The notes beneath the pieces are model-generated. The model was not told where the DNA came from, did not search any database, and saw only the letters and a list, made by a program, of their open reading frames with translations. Position numbers and translations under genes: made by a program. Below are positions 1 through 9,255 of a stretch of DNA of 64,000 bases, in pieces (the stretch's first letter is position 1; each line of letters opens with the position of its first letter). The stretch is from Lophium mytilinum (taxonomy: Eukaryota): the NCBI GenBank assembly GCA_010093605.1, contig MU004184.1, positions 1,436,801 to 1,500,800 of the forward strand, written 5' to 3'.

Positions 1-1014
1 GGCTGGAAAGCGCTTCAAATAATACCCAACTCAATCGTGTCCGCAGCTGTCATTCTGGCCTGCATATCTCATCCTCACGACCGCTTTTTCTGCACATCTT
101 GCTGCTAGCCCACCGAAACAGCTAAATGTTCCAATCAGACCAGAGAGTTTACTGTTATCTAATTCGCCGGAGAGGTCGTCGCAAGCCCTGAAATCCTTGC
201 ATTGTTGACTGCATGCCCCGACCTTCGCCCACAACAACTCACCATCCCCGAGGAGACTAGACGGATTGTTACAATCCCACAGCACTCGCCAGCACCCTTC
301 CTCAAACACCACCCAAACATCATCACTCAATCCACACTCAGCCCCCGCCGGACCGGCCTGCCTGTTCCTCTGCAGCCGCATTGCCGACCTTTGACGCCAG
401 ACATATATGACAGCAGGGGAGTCCCCGCATCAGCCAATACACCACCCTTTCGCGCTGTCCCCGATCGTCATATCCACACAACCAAGGCTGCACCCAATCC
501 CCCAGGCCCCGTTTCTCTCGCCGCCCAAAGTCCAATTCCAGCCGTCGTCTGCCAACCCGAACCGCTCTTCGTGCCGATCCAGGAGCCAGGACAAACTTGA
601 CAGGCTGCCTCAATCGCGATTTGCGTCAGCACCTGCTCAAACAGCCTCCAGACACGGCCGAGCCACACAGCGATCCCGCCCTACCGCACTCTCGAGACAA
701 CCCCCCTATCGGCCTAAGCCATAAGATATACCCCCGAGGCCTCGCCCCTCTCTCCCCGCGCCTGAGTGAGCCCTACAACTCTCTCACCAACACGACTACG
801 ACCTCTCGTTTGCAAGACGCAGCCCCCTCGCCGCAAACACCCTCCGCCTGCCACTCGTCCTGCAGTCCTGCGCTGCGCCCCTCCACACCAACGCCGGCCC
901 GCGCCGCCTGTGCAGCATCCCTCGAGTACCGTCGTCTCGCTCAAGGTTATCGCATCTCGCCCTCTCTCTGGTAGAAAGGGTTGAGTGCGATAATTCCTTG
1001 CACCACACAGCTCC

Positions 1015-3715
1015 ATGCCGTTAGTCGTTGCCCTTCCTAACCGTCCGCCTGCTTCTCGCGCTGCTTCTCGTCCTGCTTCACGTCCTGCTTTGAATCCCCG
1101 CCGGTCGCTTTCGCGCCGTCCCCCTGTTTCGCGCCGCGCTGCTTCTTCTTCGTCTGGTGCCAGCCCGCCGCCCACGACCACCGTCATCACCTCCACCATG
1201 GGCCAAGGCAATACTGACGTCTTGCTCTCTTTTAGGAGAAACATCACAGTCAACCACTCGACTGGCTCCGAGCAGAATTCCTATTCCGACGAGGAAGATT
1301 CCTCTGGCGTCCAGGTGTCGGCGCATTCTGGCAGCCACGACGAATACACCGACTCAGCCGAGGAGGAGGAAGAAGAAGAAGACTGGGACTACATAGAGGA
1401 CGAGATCGAGCCGTCCGACTCTGCGTCGCGCCCACGAGCACCGCCAAAGCAGCACCGCTCCGTCCCGCAACCCGCGCCTCGTCCCCCGCCTGCCCCCCGT
1501 GCCCGATCCCATCGCGCTCCCGCCCGAGACCCACCCGTCCGCCATAGGTCCGCCAGGTCCTCCAGGTCCTCGAGCAGACATCCCCGAGAGAAGGAGCCGA
1601 GGCAGCGACATAGGCGGCCCGAGTCCGTCCACTCTGACAGCCTGGACGGCCACGACGACTATCCGGGCTACGCCCGTGGCGGCCACCAACCTCACCCAAG
1701 CCAGCAATGGGCTCACGTACAGCAGCAGCAGCCGCCTCCCAGCGGCTATGCGCCCAGTTTAATGTCGGGTGCGGGTGGTCCTCCGTATAATCCCTTCACT
1801 AATGGAATGGCACCGCCTGGCAACTCGTTGGTTCCCTTCTCTCAGGGGGGCGATCCTTACGGCGGCTATGGTCCGAACCCGTTCGCATCGCCGCCTCCTC
1901 TTGCACCCAATGCAAACCCATTTGCTCCAGCTGGCGGCGTTGGCGCAAATGGTGGTTATTTCCCTCCTCCGGATGGACAGCGCCCAGGCAGGGGAGGACA
2001 CCGGAACTCGATGCCACCAATGCCTCCTGGGAATGAAATGATGCCATTTGGCGCCAATGGCTACTATCCCTACGGTGCTCCGCCTTACGGAATGCCTAAT
2101 GGGATGCCTCCTGGGATGCCTCCTGGGATGCAGGGGATGCCCGGGATGCAGGGAATGCCTGGGATGATGAATGGTATGCCAAATCCATACTTCTACCAGC
2201 AGCCACCCACCCACACGCCCACGCCACCTCCGAAACGATCCACACCAGGAGCCGAAGCTCCCCCTCCACCACCTCCCCCGCCTCCCCCTCCTCCTCCACC
2301 GCCGCCGCCTCCGCCTCCACCACCGGGTCCGCCAGAGCCCACCCCGGACGATCTCCGACTTAAGAAGATCGAAGCTATTCTTAGGGGCCAACTCGAGGAA
2401 GAAGACAAGAAGGCCGAGGACCAGCGGTTTAACAAGCTAGAACAGCTTCTTATTGCTCAGCATGAAGCTCGCGTGCAGAAAGATGCTGATAAGAAGCAGG
2501 CTGCCGCGGATGCTGCCGCAAAAGCTGCAGACGCGAAAAAGAAAGGGGATGAAGACAAATTGGCAAAACTGGAGAAACTCATCCTCGCTCAGAAGGATGA
2601 GCAACTGAAGAGGGAAGCGGCAGCTGATGCGGCACGCAAGGCGGAAAAGGCGGAGGCCGAATCAAAGGCAGCTAAGGATGCAGCCGACAAGAAGGCAGCT
2701 GCAGAAGCTGCAGCGAAGCTCCTAGACGCGGCGAAAAAGGCTCGTGAAGAAGCCGAAGCCAAAGCTGCGAAGGAAGCTGAGGAAACGAAGGCGGCGCACG
2801 ACAAGGCACTTGCTGAGGCAAAGGCAGCTGCAGAAGAGCTCGAGAAGGGCAAGAAAGCGGCGGAAGAAGCGGCGAAAGCAGCAGCAGACGCACTGGCGCC
2901 AAAGCCAGAAGCACCCAAGGCCCCGATCAAGTTTAAAGATGCTGTTGGCCGTAAATTCAGCTTCCCGTGGCATTTATGTAAAACTTGGAAGGTAAGTCTG
3001 AGACTCTAGCTGCAGACATCACACGCATCCGTTACTAATTTCGATTTTGCAGGGAATGGAAGAGCTGATCAAACAAGCATTCCTCCACGTGGATGTGATC
3101 GGCCCGCACGTTCACGATGGCCACTACGATCTTGTAGGCCCTGATGGCGAGATCATCCTTCCACAAGTCTGGGAGACTATGATCCAACCCGACTGGGCGA
3201 TTACTATGCACATGTGGCCAATGCCAGAGCCGCCGCCACCACCACCTCCACCGCCTCCCCCAGAGCCAGTACATCATGGGCACCACTTCGACCCGAATAT
3301 GATCATGCTTCCGCCGCCGCCGCCCGTCAAGAAACCCAAGAAGGGCACCAAGAATCCCCACAAGCAGCACCACGGCATGCCCGCTGGCATGGGAATGGCT
3401 CCTCCACCGCCACCTCCCCCGCCTCCCCCACCACCGCCCATGCCCATGGGAGGACCCGAAGTCGTCATCGTCAACGGGCCGCCTCCACCGCCTCCTCCTC
3501 CACCGATGATGCCAGGCCAAGACATGGTTGTTGTCAATCACCATCCGCGGCCGGCGAAAAAGAAACCGCCTTTAACACCATTCCTTAGATGGACGGCCGG
3601 CGGAGCGGGGCGCAGCCAGTCTTTAAAAGGGGTAAAAAAACCTGATGGCTCTAGTCCTACCGCTTCTACGCCTTCACCTCCCGCGAATGCGGAGGGTGGG
3701 TGCGTTGTTATGTGA
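1015..3715 (+). CDS. Proline-rich, coiled-coil protein with a fungal ubiquitin-like domain and C-terminal CAAX motif (family often auto-annotated as kinetoplast-associated-protein-like); 3 exons
   Basis: ATG 1015; intron 1020-1235 (GTTAGT...ACTGAC...TTTAG) gives MPRNITVN; intron 2992-3052 (GTAAGT...CTAAT...GCAG) joins KFKDAVGRKFSFPWHLCKTWK to GMEELIKQAFLHVDVIGPHVHDGHYDLVGPDGEIILPQVWE, a conserved fungal domain. Poly-Pro tracts, an A/E/K-rich coiled coil, ends GCVVM-stop. Confidence 0.8.
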
Positions 3716-5610
3716 TTGAACTGCCTGTTGACTATCTTGTCTAGGGCTACCCATATACGTATCAGTATCAAGAGAACTGGTGGCCGTAGCGGAGAGGAAT
3801 TAGATGCTAGGCGTACGAGATTGAGGAAAGAAGAGCAGTCGCTTATTGACGGGTGTGGGACAAGACAAGTTGGAGTCGCTGGGAGCCATCATCGTGCTCG
3901 GGCGGTGATCTCTTTCATATTTTGGAAACGCTTTCTTCGAATCGTCTCTTTTCCCCACACTTTGATCTGGTTTGGCGGCTGTTCTTCTTCCTTTCTTTGT
4001 GCCTTAGTCTTCTACTTCTTCTCCTTACGATCACTGTTCTGTGCGCATTTGGGTGCCTTTGGCACTATTGTTGATGGTTCTAAGTTCATCTTATAGCGAG
4101 CTGAAGCGGATGGATGAGTTGTCAGGGGGCATGGTTTTATCCCGCTTAGCGGGTCTTTCATGCTCCAGGGGAGGGGTCGTGGTTGTTGGATTCCTTTTAT
4201 TTTTGTGAGCGAGCGTAGCGGATGTTTCATGCTTGTGCTGTTTTCCGATTTGTCTAGCGTGCGTGCGTTTTCTGACGCAATGATTGAGATGCTGAGATGT
4301 TGAGATGAAGTTTTCGTTCCTACTATTCCTCAAGTCCGTTTCTATCTTCTTTTCTTCAGGCATCAATTTTTGGATCAGGCATGGATCAGCTGAACTTGCA
4401 GCTGGTCGCGAGCGAGTGGTTTCGTTGTTGGGGTTCCTAGGGGACGGTATCGGGGTTGCTGGGGATGGCGTAGGGATCTTTTTGGCACCGGGGTCCTCAA
4501 AAGTTCAGATACCCGGCGGAAGGGGGCGGGAAGCGTGATGATGAATGGGAGAATGATGATTGTGGATCCTTATATGCTTTTTTTCCTTTATTGGGATTAG
4601 GGTATTAGATATCAAGGCCAGGCGTCTGGGTTAATTCTGCTTTGTCTTCTTTGATGCGGTGATTGTGGTGTTGGAGAGGAAAGAGTGGTGAGTGAGAGGT
4701 GGATCTTTTTCTCGTCATTTTCTTTGGGCGCAGGCGGGATGACTAGTGATATCTAAACAAAAGTCGCCTCTTTAAAAGGGTTCGCTCTCCTCAAGTCGTC
4801 GAATCTGTCAAGTGACTGTGTCGTCAGGATTACCATTGCCAGACCTCTAGCTTTCGTTACACTGGTAGTATCGCCCTCTTACCTTGCCCACAGCGCCCTC
4901 AAAAAGAGCACATCTAGTTTGTTTCCGTGAGCCTATTGTTTCTAATAAGAAACGCCAGGTCACGTTTTTCCAGTTCTTCTTCATCTTGTCCGGCGGAACC
5001 TTTCAAGCAGGTTTCAGCTTTCCTAAAACCAATGTTCCATCGCCGCGTCACCACCCTCAAGCAAGTTGCAATAAACTCACCATCCAGGCTCTATGTTAGT
5101 GCTGATAAGGATTCTCGGTCATACTTTCGAAGGGAGGTCGATATGATTCGTTCGGCTGTACTGCTACGGCCTCTATATTCGCGGGCCGCCCCGTGAGCTT
5201 ATATCTGCCGTGGAAAAGGGGTCTTGTACAGGGGTCGGTGGAGTCGAGATAACTTTGCGGCGTTTGGTGGTGGTATGGTTTTTCTTCGAGCCTTTAGAGG
5301 AGTTTTTTTGGGCGTCATATTTGGCTAGAGTTGGCTGGAGTGATGGTTATTCGAAGTCTCTGATTGATCTTCCAGGGGCTTTGAAGAGTAGGGTGTTTAT
5401 TTCATTGGCAGATGTGATATATCGGAAGACCCAGACTGTGTGTTTCAAACATCCCATCTCCAAGAGTGCGTCCACTCACTTCCATCAAAACCGCAATTCA
5501 CCCAACTCCCGTGCATTCGTCAAGCCACTCGCACTTCCCAAAGAATTTACTAGCAGCTAAACTAAATCTACTTTGGGCTGACTTACAAGGCATATATTCA
5601 GTCTAATTCC

Positions 5611-5818
5611 GAGCACCACCAATTCAAAACCCAAGGGTGGACCAGTCAGGACCATAAAGTGCACGCTGCGGTGATCTCGACTTGGCCGACTGGTCCATTC
5701 CCACAACCTAGGGGCACTTCGGTGCCGCCCATATAGTGCACACTGCGGTGATCTCGACTTGGGGCCTGGGTTGTGGGATTCCCCGGTATGGGTTCGAATC
5801 GGGGTGGAGCTTTTTTTT
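5611..5818 (+). ncRNA. Candidate structured non-coding RNA (~200 nt, probably Pol III), family not recognised
   Basis: Stem 5638-5647/5688-5697 (perfect 10 bp); stem 5699-5712/5765-5778 (14 bp, one U-G); GGCAC-UUCG-GUGCC hairpin 5713-5726; 34-nt motif duplicated at 5652-5685 and 5729-5762; imperfect 5'/3' closing stem; A-box-like TGGACCAGTCAGG 5638-5650; B-box-like GGTTCGAATC 5791-5800; T8 at 5811-5818. Confidence 0.7.
5652..5762 (+). repeat. Two-copy 34-bp direct repeat CCATAWAGTGCACRCTGCGGTGATCTCGACTTGG (32/34 identical, period 77)
   Basis: Read directly at 5652-5685 and 5729-5762. Confidence 0.95.
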
Positions 5819-6954
5819 CTTTTTGCTCTGGGGCGCTGATAATAAGACATACTCTCTTTGTCACGTGGTAGTCCAGTGGTCTCCCTATGACCTTGGGCTC
5901 TTGCGAGTATAAAAGCATTCCTTGTTTCTCTTCTCTTGTCTGGTCATTGGAGGCAGAGGGTGTTCTGGGCTTTGTGTGACTTCAAATCGTCCTCGATCAC
6001 CATGTCATGTGGTGGTAGCTAGCTGGAGGATGTATCAAAAACTCGGGTCCGCCAGGCGTACTTGGAAGACTTTCAAAAATTGATACCTCCGCACACCTAT
6101 GGGGACGCTGAAAACGAAGAAGAATTATGATGACGACGAGCACTAACATTGGCTGAGAATTCGCAACATGTTAATAAGGTCATAGTACTAAGCAATGGGT
6201 CTTGATATCGTTCTCCAGGTCAAGATTGGCATGATGGTGAATAGCGTTTGTGGTTGTAGTTGGTCAGCATTAGGAGCTTCTCTTTAGAAGTCCTCGCAAC
6301 ATTGGTCTGGACGTTCTGTTTCTGTGATCTCCGAAATTCCGAACCCATGTAACGCTGATTCTCACAGTTTTGTTCCCTGAATCCCCGTTGAGACCTTGCA
6401 GAAGAGAAGAACCCGCCCGGGTCGGAAACTTTTATAGCTCGAGTCCCATACCCGTCTCGTGACATCGGGTTCATCACGTGATTATCAATCAAGCGCTGTT
6501 GTGAGCAAGGCTCTTTAGTGACGGGAATCTACGTGGCACATTTATTTGTACTCGTGACAGCACGCGGTGTCACTTCATTTACCCTCTGCAACTGTGCTCT
6601 TGGTAATCTGCCTGGAATGGGACATTCACGAGGTGTAGTTGCTGTTCGTCTAGAAACACGCAGCGTTGCTTTCTCTGCCCTCAACAGATTCATGAGACCC
6701 TAGCCAAAGAAGATTATCCACTCGGCGTAGCTTAGGGATCACTCTTGTCTCCATGCATCACGTCGGTTGATAATTAAAAGATGCGATGTCTGGATGAGGA
6801 TGTCCTTGTAGAGCCGTCATACATAGCACGCACATCTCCACAACTCAACGTCTATCGTAAACATCTGATTCCAGGGTATAATAACTCAAGTCCAGTCATC
6901 GCATCATGCATATAGCGATGCTCAACAGTCTCACTCCGAAACAACTAGCAACTC

Positions 6955-7792
6955 TCAAATCAGAAGACCCACCAAAACACCCAACCCCACAACCCACCAC
7001 ACCCTCTCCCCTCCCGCCACCCTCCCCGCATCCCCACAAACACCCCCCTGCGGACACTTCCCGCCCGTACTCTTCACCTGCTTCTGCACATTCTGCTTAA
7101 AGGCCCCGATCACGTTCCCCGGCGGGTAGTACTCGCACACCACAAACCAACCCGGCGCGGCCTTATCCCCCTTCTTCCCCGAGCAGTCCGTCCGCGAGCA
7201 GCCGACGGTAGTGGATGATTTCCAGACTAGCTGCGTGAAATGGCCCGTCTTCTCGGAGAACTGCCCCTTGCTGAAGTCGTAGTGGTCGCGCTCGTTGCCC
7301 CACGCCTCGATCGAGGCCGTCGCGTTGGGGTAGCCCGAGGCGAGGTTTTCGCCTGAGGGACCGCCCTGAACGGGTGTGAGTATTAAGGTAGACATGGAGC
7401 GTATTTTAAGGTGGAATGAGGATGAAATTGACGTACAAGCACGAAGAAATAACAAGAAAATGAAGTTGAGGGGGGAAGGAAAGAGCATATAGGATACTAT
7501 AACAGAGAAGCGAGCGACTCACCGAATGCTCAAACACACACGCACCACCCCATTTCCCCGCGAATGTTGCGAGAGAGTTGTTCCAAGTTAGGGCGCTCGC
7601 GTTGTGCTGCGCGCGGTACGTGTTCGTGCTGTTCAGGACTGCTTTTTTGAAATCATCCGCGTTGCTGTATTCAGTCGAGGTGCTGGAGGACGCCGAGGCG
7701 GTTACGGTGACGACAGAGGGTTTTGCAGGGGTGGCGGCGGCGAGCGTGATGCCGAAGAGAGAAACTGGGAGGAGGAAGAACGAGGAGCGCAT
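6955..7792 (-). CDS. Secreted CAP/SCP/PR-1 (PRY-like) protein with probable GPI-anchor signal; 2 exons
   Basis: Signal peptide MRSSFFLLPVSLFGITLAAA; CAP motifs NTYRAQHNASALTWN, GENLA, GHFTQLVWK, VVCEYYPPGNV; intron 7522-7366 (GTGAGT...CAG); hydrophobic C-terminus VWWVVGLGVLVGLLI. Confidence 0.92.
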
Positions 7793-8099
7793 GTTGGGAA
7801 AGACAAGACTATGGTACAGAGAGAGGCAGTTGCTGTTGATCAATTGAGAAAGGTTGTGAGTGAGGCTGTACTGGAGCGGATCATGAGGGAGCTGCAAGTC
7901 AGTAGACATTCGACTTGTGACTCGAGCTATCGTATTTGTTTGACAGCGGCGTCTTTCTCACACGCCATAGGCCGTGGATGGCACGGTTGATCAAGGATCG
8001 TGGCCTTGTTTTGGAGTCTTTGTTCTTGACTGCAATCACTGGCGACAAGCAGTCAAGGGCGGCTAAGTGACGTAGTGCTGGTCATATTTGGCTAGCCTC

Positions 8100-8109
8100 C
8101 CAAATTTGG
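8100..8109. promoter_or_regulatory. Perfect CArG box (CCAAATTTGG), possible Mcm1/SRF site upstream of the CAP gene
   Basis: Matches CC(A/T)6GG about 310 bp upstream of the CAP ATG; a single short motif that could be chance. Confidence 0.25.
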
Positions 8110-9255
8110 TTGGCTCTTGGGCCGTGATTTAAGCGAGGCCTAGGTGAACAAAAAGTGGCATTCTATCCCGACTCCGTCTGAGGCGACCCAAAGAACTTTT
8201 AAGCGTGTCAGAATCATGTTAATTGCAGGCCGTAGCATCTGATATTGAGTTGGGACGCTACGTTATGTACATGGAGCGACCCTGTTTACTACTAGCATTA
8301 ATTACTGTGGGTGATTGTCATAATCCAACAGCCCCCCTCAAGCATGTACAGCGAGAAATGATGGTAGGAAACCTCCTTAATAGAGAGTAACCAGTGATAT
8401 CGTGCAGTAAGGAGCGTATGTTAATGAGTGTAGCAAGGAGCGTACGTCAATAGTGAACGAGAGAAGCAGCGAGCAATGGCTGAGATGAGCGGCATCCGGC
8501 GATGATGGTTGGCAGGATTGGAATGGTGGTAATTGAAAGAAGCGTCCGGTATTGATGATAATTAAGAACCTGTGATAATAGCTGACATCTTGTAGTAATA
8601 ACTGGTATCCGGTATCGCGATGGCTGATAAATGCATCTAGGAATAAATGCAATAAAGAAGGCATCAAGGAAAGCATGCTAATAATGGTGGACGTCTGCAG
8701 TTAACACCCGCAGAGGGTGGACAACCCACAATCGCAGTGTTGGAGTTCATTCCAATGAAGTCATGCCTCGAGTGAACGTACCATGTCGACACACCAACCA
8801 CAGCAAGCTAGAGAGTAATAGGTGACGACAATTATATTCCCATCACACTTCCTCTAACCCTTGCATCTGTCCAGTCACAGGATTTACTCTCCTCCAAGCC
8901 TCTTCGTCAAGCCGCCGCCAGCCCCCTCTTCCCATACTATGCGCAGTAAGTCCGGAGTCGTCCATCCACCAACGGGTATCTAAGACATATCTACTGCATC
9001 CGATCCATTCATCCGTGTATCGAATACCCATCCCCTGCAATTACCAAACAAAAGAAAACTAGCACACACAAGCATACAGTACACCTTCCCACCACCGAGT
9101 GAGGTAGTAGTCCGGCAATTATTTCAGGGCCCGTCAATAGCATAGATCTAAACCTTGAGATTACCTACTAGAGTTTCTTTGGTTTTTCAAACGGCTTAGA
9201 AGAGTGTCAGTAGACTCATTATCCGAGTACTGCACACATACATCTCCCCCATCGC

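Noticed and set aside
5652..5762. Repeat-spacer-repeat (34/43/34 bp) resembling a minimal CRISPR array
   Set aside because: Only two repeats, fungal context, no cas genes, and the spacer base-pairs with the flanks as part of a larger RNA fold.
5786..5812. GGTTCGAATC as the T-loop of a tRNA gene
   Set aside because: The flanking 5-mers (ATGGG/CGGGG) do not form a T-stem and no cloverleaf can be built; kept only as a B-box-like element.
5800..5815. TGGAGCTT resembling the 3' conserved region of RNase MRP RNA (POP1 is in the same window)
   Set aside because: The matching 5' P4 strand and the other conserved regions are absent; proximity to POP1 at 48 kb is not meaningful.
5862..6010. A-box/D-arm-like TAGTCCAGTGGT...TATGAC and a distant TTCAAAT, suggesting a tRNA relic
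   Set aside because: No anticodon-stem partner or valid T-stem; cannot be supported as a tRNA or pseudo-tRNA.
6122..6162. ATGATGA...CTGA with short terminal complementarity (C/D snoRNA-like)
   Set aside because: Too short (about 35 nt) and no recognisable rRNA guide.
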